64,000 nucleotides of DNA from Fibrobacteria bacterium (lineage in GTDB: Bacteria; Fibrobacterota; Fibrobacteria; UBA11236): the NCBI GenBank assembly GCA_041746255.1, contig JBGTHM010000097.1, positions 14,083 to 78,082 on the forward strand. Reading direction: 5' to 3'. The first letter of the stretch is position 1, and every line of letters begins with the position of its first letter. Positions 47,596 to 56,391 of the stretch are shown here, piece after piece. Made by a program: the position numbers and the translations under genes. The notes under the pieces are model-generated. The model saw nothing but the letters and a program-made list of their open reading frames with translations. It was not told the origin of the DNA and did no database searches.

Positions 47596-48722
47596 GAAAT
47601 CACCTCTTCGGTCTGTCGGCTTTTCCGTATATTTCGGCATAGCGACGTGTATTCGGTGAGATAGGCCGACGCCATGTTGGCGGAATTGAAACAGCATGCT
47701 CTCTTTCGCGCCCGCGCACCGAAGTGGATGCGCATTTCGTTTTCAGCCATCACACTTGCGATCGTATCGCGAAAGGCCTGAGGATCGCGCGGATTGGCAT
47801 ATAAGGCCGCATCCCCCCATACTTCACGCAACCCGGGAATATCTCCCAAAACCAGTGCGCAACCCGATAAGGCCGCTTCGAGAATCGACAGTCCGAATGG
47901 TTCGTATAAAGCCGGAAAGGCGCAAATGGCCGCACGGGAAAATTGGTCGCGCATGTCCCGATGCGATAGCCAACCGAGGTATTCCACTTTGGAGTGGTAG
48001 TCGGCTGTTTCGTCCACCAAACCCTCCTCCCCGGCCAGCTTCACTTTCCAGGGGAGCCCTTCAGAGGCTTTTTCCAGGCAAGTGAAGTTTTCCGCGGGAT
48101 CCCATATCCGTCCCGCCGATAGAACGAATGGCTCTTTGATGCCGGGAGTGTATGCAACCGGATCGCGCCCATGGGGGATCACGCCGGCGCGCGGAAGAAA
48201 TCCATAGTAATAAGCCAGCGCCTTGAGCATCCACAGCGTCGGCGCGATTACGGAGTCGGCTCCGGCAAGACCTCTCACCACCTCCAACCGATAACGGAAC
48301 CATTCCCTGGGCGCATCGCAGCCATGCACGGCCCGCCACCAGGAGAGCACGCACGAATGACCGACCACAAGAACCGGTGCTTTCCACGCCAGTTTTCCCT
48401 GCACGAAATTGTTCAAATGCACGATGTCGGGACGGTACTCCTCCTCCAAATGCAGGAGCCACTGATCGGCGTTTTCCACATCATTCCAGGGATGGTCCAT
48501 CCACTCCAACTTATAATCGCTTTCACGAATCTCCAGTCCCTTGAGACGCGCGGCCTCCTGACTTTGCCGTAAGGAAAGGGGCCTGCCCATGGTGGCCAAC
48601 ACCACCTCCGTATCTCGCAACCCCAATCCCCGGATCAACTCCATGGCGTATGGCCATACGCCTCCGACGGTATCGGCCGTCATGAGCACCCTCATGAAAG
48701 AAAATTCTCCGAGCAGACACAT
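47592..48722 (-). CDS. Glycosyltransferase family 4 (GT-B fold)
   Basis: MRVLMTADTVGGVWPYAMEL N-terminus and the EPFGLSILEAALSGCALVLGDIPGLREVWGDAALY (E-x7-E-like) region. A start at ATG 48695 is equally possible. Confidence 0.75.
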   Translation of the reverse strand: MCLLGEFSFMRVLMTADTVGGVWPYAMELIRGLGLRDTEVVLATMGRPLSLRQSQEAARLKGLEIRESDYKLEWMDHPWNDVENADQWLLHLEEEYRPDIVHLNNFVQGKLAWKAPVLVVGHSCVLSWWRAVHGCDAPREWFRYRLEVVRGLAGADSVIAPTLWMLKALAYYYGFLPRAGVIPHGRDPVAYTPGIKEPFVLSAGRIWDPAENFTCLEKASEGLPWKVKLAGEEGLVDETADYHSKVEYLGWLSHRDMRDQFSRAAICAFPALYEPFGLSILEAALSGCALVLGDIPGLREVWGDAALYANPRDPQAFRDTIASVMAENEMRIHFGARARKRACCFNSANMASAYLTEYTSLCRNIRKSRQTEEVIS

Positions 48723-48783
48723 CCCTTCATTCCGAGACCTCCCATTCCCTCTCGTAGTCTTTCTTTAATCTTCCTCCCAACCA

Positions 48784-49746
48784 CTAAACGGAATATTGGA
48801 TGTAAGCCTTCATGAATCCATCAGGCCTGTCCCGGGTCGCATCCAAAGCTTCTCCCAACCGCTCCAGCGGATAGCGATGCGTCAAGAGACTGAAAGGATC
48901 CAGGCGGCCGGCCGCCACCGCCGCCGTAGCTTGACGCATTCCGTTGACGTAGATTTTTTCATCACGTTCATGAGCGTTGATTACCTCGAATCCGCGTCGA
49001 TTCCACATTTGCATATTGACCAGGCGGACCCCATCCTGGTGGTATCCGGCGATTACGAGGCGTCCCCTTGCACCCGTCAACTCGGCCGCCAGACTAAGCG
49101 TGTTTTGCTGTCCCGCGGCTTCGAAAGTCACATCGCATAACCGGCTTCCTGAGTCTTTTTTTATTTTTTCGATGATTTCGACGGGATTTTCGTAGGAAAA
49201 GGTTTCCGCCGCCCCCATGCGTAGGGCTATTTTCCGGGCGAAAGCGCGGCGGGTTACGGCGATCACGCGTGCGCCCGATCCGACCGCCAACTGTATTAAC
49301 AACGCGCCTAAAAATCCTACTCCTATGACGGCCACGGTATGCCCGGGACGGATTCCGCTCCGCGAAAAAACATTCATGGCACAGCCCAGAGCTTCCCCTG
49401 GAAACGGATGATCCTGTAGATGCTCCGGCAGCTTCACCAGGTTCCGTGCGGGCGCCATATCGTATTGCGCATACGCATGTTGCGAGAGTAGCGCCACCCT
49501 TTCGCCCGGTAGGAATCCCGCCGCGCCCGGCCCCAGCGATTCAACTATCCCCCAACCTTCATGACCCAAGGCGCCCGGCCCCAAGGGATATCGAAACCGC
49601 GATTTACCCTGCCAGGGCCCTAGATTGGATGCACAAACCCCGCAACCTTGCAGCCGCACGAGCACTTGACCAACACCGGGGCGGGGAATGGCTACCCGTT
49701 TGAACGAAAATTTTCCCGGCTTACACAAAACCGCTGCGACCATCAT
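48784..49746 (-). CDS. Zinc-dependent medium-chain dehydrogenase/reductase (alcohol/polyol dehydrogenase-like)
   Basis: MMVAAVLCKPGKFSFKRVAIPRPGVGQVLVRLQGCGVCASNL, GHEGWGIVESLGPG and the Rossmann motif VAVIGVGFLGALLIQLA. The ORF is open up to 50013, and the start could also be ATG 49872. Confidence 0.75.
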   Translation of the reverse strand: MMVAAVLCKPGKFSFKRVAIPRPGVGQVLVRLQGCGVCASNLGPWQGKSRFRYPLGPGALGHEGWGIVESLGPGAAGFLPGERVALLSQHAYAQYDMAPARNLVKLPEHLQDHPFPGEALGCAMNVFSRSGIRPGHTVAVIGVGFLGALLIQLAVGSGARVIAVTRRAFARKIALRMGAAETFSYENPVEIIEKIKKDSGSRLCDVTFEAAGQQNTLSLAAELTGARGRLVIAGYHQDGVRLVNMQMWNRRGFEVINAHERDEKIYVNGMRQATAAVAAGRLDPFSLLTHRYPLERLGEALDATRDRPDGFMKAYIQYSV

Positions 49747-50039
49747 CCGACGTCGACGTCTGGTCACGGGGGACGTCACTTCCGAAGGCTTACGGATGGA
49801 TCCGAATCCCGTTGCGAAAGAAGCAGCGGGAGAGACCACTTTCTCCCGGATTTCCGTGATTTTAGTCATCATACCACCGCCTGTGTGGGAAAATTCGACT
49901 ATATGGTTTTTTCTGCGGATCAATCCGCCATGACAGCAAAATAAAAGACCCCTTATGCCGGCCGCAAGGAAAAAGCAACCGCGGCAAGACCGCACCCGCC
50001 TAAGGGTACGCACAAATTCTGGCGGTATGCGGATTCGGG

Positions 50040-53000
50040 TTACCGCAAAAGGGCCTTGCTGGGAGTAGGTTCCGCAAGCAGGGGAGTCAGGGCGGGCGAA
50101 AGCTGCCGAATTATTTCGACGGGAAGCGAGCTGGTAAAGGAATATTCTGCGGCCTTTTCACCTTGCACGTGGGCCGTGACCGTGCCGAAAAATCTTTCTC
50201 CCAAAAAGAAGACGAAGGTCGCGGTGCGATTCACCACCCTCGATTCGAGTACCTGGCCGCCTCTTCCATAGGTTTCGTAGCGTTGATCGCCCGTTCCCGT
50301 CTTACCCCCCAGCGCCAGAAAAGTTCCGTCGGGAAGGGGAAACGCCTTGGCGGCGCGAATGGCCGTCCCCTGTTGAACCACGCGCTGCAAGGATTCCAGC
50401 GCGACCCGTGCAACTTCGGCAGGGAGCTTTCGCTCTCCCTCCGATTCCTGTCTGCGGACCAGGGTTTCGTAGGGCGTGTTTTCCGCGAAATGCAGCTTGC
50501 TGATGAGAATGGAAGGATAGTGGACTCCTTCGTTGAGAAGAATACCCACCAGTTCCGCCAGCGAGTTGGGCCTGTCTGCGGAGGAACCGATTGACGTTGC
50601 GTAGGAGGGAACCAACGATCCGAAGGAATAACCCGTGCGTTGCCAGGCCTTATGGATCTCCAGGAACGCCTCCACTTCAAGAATTCCGCGTATGCGCAAG
50701 TCTTGGGCATGCTTGCGTTTGGTTCGGAAAAGCCATTGGTAAACCGCCTGCACTTCCCTATTGCTGGATTCCTTGACATCGCTCCACGTAGCCTTGGGAT
50801 GGCGCTTCAAATAAGCCACGGTCCAAATTTCCAAAGGATGCACACCGGCGAGATAACCCCTATCCGCTAAATTGTGGTCCGCCACCAGAAGTTGGGTATG
50901 CAAACGCTCCACATCGGCGCGGGGCAACGACTTGTCTCCCGTGCGTTCGCGCAAGAAGGCCGTCAATTGGTCGACGTCGGCGCGGGGATGAACCGAGAGG
51001 TAGGCAACGGAAAGGGGTGTAGGCGAAGCCCTTACGCTGTGGAGCAGCAAGTCGAGCGCGGCACTGTCGCTCTTGCCGCGGTACTTGCTGAAAAAATTCC
51101 ACAGAAACACCTGTCCTTCCTTTTCTGCGAACTTGCTCAAATAGCTCTGCCTTTGCGGCGAATCCAGCGAATCCAGGAAGAGAGCGGTGGATCCCGGAAT
51201 CTGGAACATGTAATAGTTCACGATATCGCGCATTAGGCGGATGAATACCAGATTGTTCGACCGCTGCATGGCTTCCCATACCGTCAACTGTTTCCTATCG
51301 TCGTTGGTGTTGAAATTCGAAAAGGTATGCAAGCCTCCGCCCGTGAAAAAACGCTCCGCCGGGTTGGCGGAGTAGGTACGGTCCATCGCGGCACGCAGCA
51401 TCGTTTCCAGCGACTTGTCCTCGACGGTCAGCATGTGGTTCTTCGCCCAGCGGGTCAGATGATCGTTGGGGGTCACGGAAACCGATTGGATTTCCACAGG
51501 CGTTTTCTCAGAGAGTTGCGTATGCAGTCGCGAGATAATCTCCAAATAGTTGACCAGGGTTCGCAGCTTGGCCGTGGACCCCAGGTCCAATTTCACACCC
51601 TCGTTGATGTTGAGCGGCTGGTCGTAATTATCGGCTTGAACCCGGATAAGATTCCGGTTGCCGACCCGTTCGTAAAGTGTGAAGCTGTAAATGACCTTGG
51701 CGGGATCGCCCTTATCAAGCAGACGAAACCCGCGTAAACCCAGGGAATCCAGATACGTAGTATCGGCCAAATTTCTGAAAAAACGAACGACGCCTTCCTG
51801 CGCGCGCCTGTCCAGCGTACTTTCCACCGTTAAGTCGACCCTATCGAGATCATATAGCCCAGGAATTTGCAAAAGCGTGGTTAGACGCGAACGAATGGCG
51901 TTGGCCGCCTTCCGCTCTACAAAGGCCACCGGTGAAAACGCGACCGCCCGACGCATCAGTTCCGGCCGTGCTTGCAGGGCTGCGTCGCGAAGTTGGGGTG
52001 AAATCACGCCCTCGCGGCCCAGCAGGCGGAGATGGGCATCGGTGATGGGGTGTAAGGCATTGGGGTTTCCCACCAGGTAAGCTGTGGGGCGGCGATGCGC
52101 GATAAAAAGACTGAGTACCTGACGGTAGGCATTTCCCATCGCCTGCATATCCACTCCCGTATCCACCAGGGCGGAGTCCATCCGTCCCGCCTCGGGATAG
52201 CTCAGCCGCCGCGCCACGCTATCCAGCGAGCTTCCGTACCAGGCGAGCAGTCCATCCCCCAGGCCATTGACTTCTCCATAACCGGGCAAAGCCGCCAATG
52301 GAACGGTATTGATATAGTCGAGCAGGACCTGGCGACGGGTATCCAGGGTATGCATTCCATTCCGGTAGGCACGCAGGCTGGAAGAAGCCATTTGTTCGAT
52401 TTTTTGCCGAGGGCCCACGGTGCGCCCTTCTTCGGAATGCCGGTATTTTTCCAGTTGGGTGGCCAGGGTGCTTCCGCCCGCCACATCGGTCGGTATTCCC
52501 ACCATGCGTTTTCCCATGTTAAGCATCGCCATTCCGAATCGCGTCCATTCCACGCTGGGATTTTTATACGGTTTAGCGGGATCCAGCAGACTTCGGTTTT
52601 CAATGAAAAGAAGGGTGTTCGCCACTTCGTGGGGAATGTCGTCGAAGGAGGGAAAAACCTTCATGGGATAATTGATATGGAAAAGCACCAATCCATTCCG
52701 GTCGTGAATCCGCAAACCCGCCTGCGTCTTTTCCGGATAAATGGTATAAACCCCTTTATCGAACAACTCGACCATTCGAGGTGAGAAACGACTTTGGCTT
52801 TCGATTTGGAAACTGTTGCGGAGCAAAGACTCGGTGTAGGAAGGGATATTGGTGTATCCGCGGCGGATATCCGAAGGCCCTTTTTCGGGAAACCGGATGG
52901 AGGAACTCGCGCCGGGACCTACGGTATAATGGATTTTTCGCGTCTGCTCGCTGAAGAAATAGGCTTGTATACGCGAAGTCGTCGCTTCAAATACCGCTAA

Positions 53001-53090
53001 CCCGGCCACTGCAACAAACAGCAATAGCCCGAAAAGCATGAGATAGAAAAACGAATTCCGGGGAGCGATTTTACCAACCTGCGACGGCAT
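50040..53090 (-). CDS. Divergent class-A penicillin-binding-protein-like enzyme (GT51 transglycosylase plus transpeptidase), 1016 aa
   Basis: N-terminal TM (FFYLMLFGLLLFVAVAGLAVF). GT51-like LLFIENRSLLD, GGSTLATQLEKY, RQKIEQ, VLLDYINTVPL. Transpeptidase STAK (SxxK), SNN (SxN), GGKTGTGD (KTG). Confidence 0.65.
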   Translation of the reverse strand: MPSQVGKIAPRNSFFYLMLFGLLLFVAVAGLAVFEATTSRIQAYFFSEQTRKIHYTVGPGASSSIRFPEKGPSDIRRGYTNIPSYTESLLRNSFQIESQSRFSPRMVELFDKGVYTIYPEKTQAGLRIHDRNGLVLFHINYPMKVFPSFDDIPHEVANTLLFIENRSLLDPAKPYKNPSVEWTRFGMAMLNMGKRMVGIPTDVAGGSTLATQLEKYRHSEEGRTVGPRQKIEQMASSSLRAYRNGMHTLDTRRQVLLDYINTVPLAALPGYGEVNGLGDGLLAWYGSSLDSVARRLSYPEAGRMDSALVDTGVDMQAMGNAYRQVLSLFIAHRRPTAYLVGNPNALHPITDAHLRLLGREGVISPQLRDAALQARPELMRRAVAFSPVAFVERKAANAIRSRLTTLLQIPGLYDLDRVDLTVESTLDRRAQEGVVRFFRNLADTTYLDSLGLRGFRLLDKGDPAKVIYSFTLYERVGNRNLIRVQADNYDQPLNINEGVKLDLGSTAKLRTLVNYLEIISRLHTQLSEKTPVEIQSVSVTPNDHLTRWAKNHMLTVEDKSLETMLRAAMDRTYSANPAERFFTGGGLHTFSNFNTNDDRKQLTVWEAMQRSNNLVFIRLMRDIVNYYMFQIPGSTALFLDSLDSPQRQSYLSKFAEKEGQVFLWNFFSKYRGKSDSAALDLLLHSVRASPTPLSVAYLSVHPRADVDQLTAFLRERTGDKSLPRADVERLHTQLLVADHNLADRGYLAGVHPLEIWTVAYLKRHPKATWSDVKESSNREVQAVYQWLFRTKRKHAQDLRIRGILEVEAFLEIHKAWQRTGYSFGSLVPSYATSIGSSADRPNSLAELVGILLNEGVHYPSILISKLHFAENTPYETLVRRQESEGERKLPAEVARVALESLQRVVQQGTAIRAAKAFPLPDGTFLALGGKTGTGDQRYETYGRGGQVLESRVVNRTATFVFFLGERFFGTVTAHVQGEKAAEYSFTSSLPVEIIRQLSPALTPLLAEPTPSKALLR

Positions 53091-53211
53091 TAGGTTCTGT
53101 CAAAATATACATCTTTCCATTCGCCGCGCTACACCCAAGAGGGTAGTTCGGATCCCACACGTGGGCTAAACGGTACATGTATATTGTAACATTGCGAAAC
53201 CAAGAGGAAGT

Positions 53212-53793
53212 ATGAAACTACCGCGGCCCCGAAATCCAGATGCCGAGTCTTCCTCGGATAGGCCGCCGCCAATGGGTGTGCAATTTCTGGCATTCGCCGT
53301 CGGCATCGTGCTTATCGTACTCGGCCTAGGCTCGCTCCGGCAGGACTGGAAAGGAATGAGGCAATTAACCAATCTGGAAGACCTGCTTGAAACGGAAGGG
53401 AGAGTGCTCAAAGCGGAAGTACGCAGCGACACCTCGGGCGCAGAGGATGAATTCTACCCCGACATGCTTTTTGAATATTTCATCGATGGGAAAAGTGTCT
53501 GGGGCTGGCGACTCAGCTTGGAGGAAAAGGCCCAACCACGCGAATATTGGGTGAAACGCCTGGAAAAATATCGAGTTGATGACCGGATTCCCGTTTATTT
53601 CGATCGGGAGAATCCGGCTTATTCCATGCTGGAAAAAAGAAATGACGGATTGTTTCGTCCCCTTCTCAGCCTCACGGTGAGCGGAGGCTTTACCCTATTC
53701 GGCCTCCTGCTCGCTCTCGTTCCCCTGTCGGCTTGGATGGCCCGCTTCCGCAACCGGAAGCCAGGTGAGTCAAAGCCTACGGCTAAAAAATGA
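53212..53793 (+). CDS. DUF3592-like membrane protein
   Basis: A TM segment, then TEGRVLKAEVRSD...FYPDMLFEYFIDGKSVWG...IPVYFDRENPAYSML, then a C-terminal TM segment. This topology and motif set are typical of DUF3592. Confidence 0.6.
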   Translation: MKLPRPRNPDAESSSDRPPPMGVQFLAFAVGIVLIVLGLGSLRQDWKGMRQLTNLEDLLETEGRVLKAEVRSDTSGAEDEFYPDMLFEYFIDGKSVWGWRLSLEEKAQPREYWVKRLEKYRVDDRIPVYFDRENPAYSMLEKRNDGLFRPLLSLTVSGGFTLFGLLLALVPLSAWMARFRNRKPGESKPTAKK

Positions 53794-54448
53794 ACCCGGC
53801 CATTACCGCCAGCACCACGTTCCGTATATCCACTTGATCGGTCTCATCGATGCTGTTCCGGGCCAGACTCAGACGCAATTGCAGGCTTCCCAAACCCCAT
53901 TCCAGGCCTCCGCCCAAAGAAACATTGACCTGGTAGTCCCGGAGGTTATCCTCTGGAATCAAGGGGTCCGTAAATTCACCGGAAATGATGCCCGCCCGGG
54001 GAATGAACTCGGAGGTGGATTCCTTCATGACCAGCCGCGCCAAAGAGACGCCGACCAGGAAAAAGGGTTGGGCTTCGCTTTCGGTCGGCGCCGAAATCTT
54101 AAGTAACAGCGGAAATTCGAGATAATGGAGCGTGAAACGGTCGACCTTGGTTTGATCGCCAACCGAACTTGAAAGCGCCCCGCTCTTCACTAAATAAAGA
54201 GCGTCCACCTCCACTCCCAAAAATGCCGGTAAATGAAAAGCCAGGGATATGCCGGCGGTAGGCATCAATTCGAAATCGACCTCATTCACATCTTCGCCCC
54301 AGAACGAAGCCGCGCTAAGCCCCCCTAACAAACCATAGGCTACGGCCTTGCGTTCGCCATGTACCGGCAAAATCGCCACACACAACGCGCAGGCATAGAA
54401 CACCCGGAGGGAGAAAGAAGAAACTGGTTTTCGCTTGATGGACAGCAT
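53783..54448 (-). CDS. Small outer-membrane beta-barrel protein (OmpW/porin-like family)
   Basis: Signal peptide, alternating beta-strand pattern, C-terminal VVLAVMAGFIF ending in Phe. Confidence 0.6.
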   Translation of the reverse strand: MLSIKRKPVSSFSLRVFYACALCVAILPVHGERKAVAYGLLGGLSAASFWGEDVNEVDFELMPTAGISLAFHLPAFLGVEVDALYLVKSGALSSSVGDQTKVDRFTLHYLEFPLLLKISAPTESEAQPFFLVGVSLARLVMKESTSEFIPRAGIISGEFTDPLIPEDNLRDYQVNVSLGGGLEWGLGSLQLRLSLARNSIDETDQVDIRNVVLAVMAGFIF

Positions 54449-54620
54449 GGCTGGAATTGTAAATCAAGACAACCCGCAATGGCAATCATTGCCGGAGAAG
54501 GTGGGGGTAAATCGTCGAAATTGCAAAAAATCAGAGAGAACGGCGACGCCACGGGAGCAATTCCCAGGAAGACCGGCGGTAAAACCGGCCTCCCTGGACG
54601 GGATGCGGTGCGAATCCCGC

Positions 54621-54926
54621 TTAGCCGATTTTGACTTTCAGTTCCTTACCTAACGAATGCGCCACGCGCTCAAGCGTGGAGAGCTTGATGTCGTCGGCAT
54701 GGTTTTCAATGCGGGATATGGCGGTTCGTTTGGTCTTGAGCCGGCTGGCCAATTCTTCTTGCGAAATTCCGCTGGACTCCCGCGCCTTACGGAGCATTTC
54801 GCCGATACGGATTTTACCGGCGGCGACTCTTCCGGCGGTACGGGCGGCGGCTCTGCCTCCCGATGCTCGCGCTGGCGTCTTACGCGTCTTCTTGGCAATC
54901 CTGGTCTTTTTCGTTTTTGCTGCCAT
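54621..54926 (-). CDS. XRE-family HTH regulator with a lysine/arginine-rich, histone-tail-like N-terminus
   Basis: Strong SD AAGGAGG lies 5 nt before ATG 54926. MAAKTKKTRIAKKTRKTPARASGGRAAARTAGR, then IGEMLRKARESSGISQEELASRLKTKRTAISRIENHADDIKLSTLERVAHSLG (Cro/C1 HTH). The ORF track extends to 54998. Confidence 0.8.
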   Translation of the reverse strand: MAAKTKKTRIAKKTRKTPARASGGRAAARTAGRVAAGKIRIGEMLRKARESSGISQEELASRLKTKRTAISRIENHADDIKLSTLERVAHSLGKELKVKIG

Positions 54927-55017
54927 TTTGGCCTCCTTTATGTGTGAAAATCCGGTTGCTTTCCCATGCGACCGGTTCGAATCCTTTCCCCCCGGCAAAC
55001 CCCTCAGTTTCCGGATA

Positions 55018-55037
55018 TGTTAACCTATAGGTTAACA
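55018..55037. promoter_or_regulatory. Perfect 20-bp palindrome TGTTAACCTATAGGTTAACA, candidate operator in the XRE / radical-SAM divergent intergenic region
   Basis: I checked the reverse complement by hand and it equals the sequence itself. It lies about 92 nt upstream of the XRE ATG (54926) and about 260 nt upstream of the mqn-type gene. Confidence 0.45.
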
Positions 55038-55228
55038 CCTGTCAAGGATTTTCATTTTAAAATAAACTTTTCAAGGGCAAAAGAAATAAATTCCTTCGGT
55101 GTCCCGAAAAGCCCGGTTTCAAGCCCTCGACCGACAGGGGTCCGCATAACCGGAAATCAACGTCTCACCGATGTTCCCTATGCTCCTCCACCCTATACCC
55201 GGAGCCGAAAAGACCCCGCATCGCGGAA

Positions 55229-55259
55229 CCCCGGGCAACGCCCTGGGGTGGATTTTTTA
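55229..55259 (+). terminator. Terminator-like hairpin plus T-run in the 5' leader of the radical-SAM gene, a possible attenuator
   Basis: CCCCGGG-caacgc-CCTGGGG forms 7 bp including one G.U pair. It is followed by tggaTTTTTTa and ends about 40 nt before the ATG at 55300. Confidence 0.3.
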
Positions 55260-55299
55260 TGTTTCACTTAAGGGTCACGATCGGCCTCAGGAGTGGTCT

Positions 55300-56385
55300 A
55301 TGGCATCCGCAGCACAAATCGATGGCGTATTGAAAAAAGCCGCAAACGGCGAACGCCTCCTACCGGACGAGGCCTTGGCCTTGCTTGAATGCGATGATTG
55401 GACCCGGCTGGTGGCCGCCGGTCATGACCGGCGCATGCGCATGCACCCCGCCAAGCGAGTGAGTTTCACGGCCTATCGAGTCATCAACTACACCAACTTT
55501 TGCGATGTCGATTGCACTTTCTGTTCATTTAAGGACGAAATCGAAAGCGACCGAGGATATACCTTGACCCTCGAGCAAATCGCAGCCAAAACCGAGGAGG
55601 CCTTGGCTCTGGGCGCCGACCAGATTTTTTTGCAAGGCGGAGTCAATCCCAAACTGCCTTTGGCCTATTACCTCGACGCTCTCGCAATGTTATCGGAAAA
55701 ATACCAGGTTCATGTACGCGGCTTCTCCCCCGTGGAACTCGCCCGCTTGGCCGCCAAGGAGGGGATGCCTTTACGGGATTTGCTGGTTCGCTTGCAAAAA
55801 GCCGGGCTCGGCTCGGTTCCGGGCGCCGGAGCCGAAATCCTCACCGAACGCATGCGCGCCATCTTGTCGCCGAAAAAACTTTCGGGGCGGGAATGGTGTC
55901 ATGTGATGGGCGAATGCCACCAAGTCGGACTTCCCGGTTCCTGCAATATCGTATTCGGATCCGAAGAAACACCACAAGACATCATCGAACATCTTGACCT
56001 GCTCCGTACCCAGCAAGACGCCACCGGAGGCTTCCTATCCTTCATTCCCTGGGTTTTTCAGCCGCAAACCAAACGCTTCAAGGTGCGCCATGTGAAGGGA
56101 TGGGAATATTTACGGCTTTTGGCCGTGTCCCGGCTGTTCCTCGATAACATTCCCAATATCGAGGTAAGCGTTCTGGTAATGGGTCGCGAGCTGGCGGAGC
56201 TGGGTCTGTATGCGGGAGCCAACGACATCAACAGCATCGTTATCGAAGAAAATGTGCTGCGATCCTATGGACTTAAAACCTTACGAAGCGCGCGTCGCTT
56301 CATTGAAGAGGCCGGATTCGAACCCGCCCGACGCACCTTGAATTACGAATTCAAAGCCTATCCCCCGGAAGCAGCAACTCTATAA
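55300..56385 (+). CDS. Radical SAM enzyme of the futalosine menaquinone pathway (MqnC/MqnE family)
   Basis: SD aggag lies 6 nt before ATG 55300. INYTNFCDVDCTFCSF (CxxxCxxC). GGVNPKLPLAYY, VHVRGFSPVE, GLGSVPGAGAEIL, GFLSFIPWVFQP. I could not discriminate MqnC from MqnE by eye. Confidence 0.75.
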   Translation: MASAAQIDGVLKKAANGERLLPDEALALLECDDWTRLVAAGHDRRMRMHPAKRVSFTAYRVINYTNFCDVDCTFCSFKDEIESDRGYTLTLEQIAAKTEEALALGADQIFLQGGVNPKLPLAYYLDALAMLSEKYQVHVRGFSPVELARLAAKEGMPLRDLLVRLQKAGLGSVPGAGAEILTERMRAILSPKKLSGREWCHVMGECHQVGLPGSCNIVFGSEETPQDIIEHLDLLRTQQDATGGFLSFIPWVFQPQTKRFKVRHVKGWEYLRLLAVSRLFLDNIPNIEVSVLVMGRELAELGLYAGANDINSIVIEENVLRSYGLKTLRSARRFIEEAGFEPARRTLNYEFKAYPPEAATL

Positions 56386-56391
56386 AAACCC

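Noticed and set aside
54974-54984. GGTTCGAATCC, the canonical tRNA T-loop/T-stem sequence, on the plus strand. This could be a tRNA or a tRNA-derived att remnant.
   Set aside because: The flanking bases cannot form a 5-bp T-stem (ACCGG versus CCTTT). No acceptor, D or anticodon arms can be drawn from the preceding 55 nt. It lies just upstream of the XRE start region.
56314-56324. GGATTCGAACC, the reverse complement of the tRNA T-loop motif.
   Set aside because: It lies inside the radical-SAM coding sequence, where it encodes GFEP. The T-stem is imperfect and there is no remaining cloverleaf.
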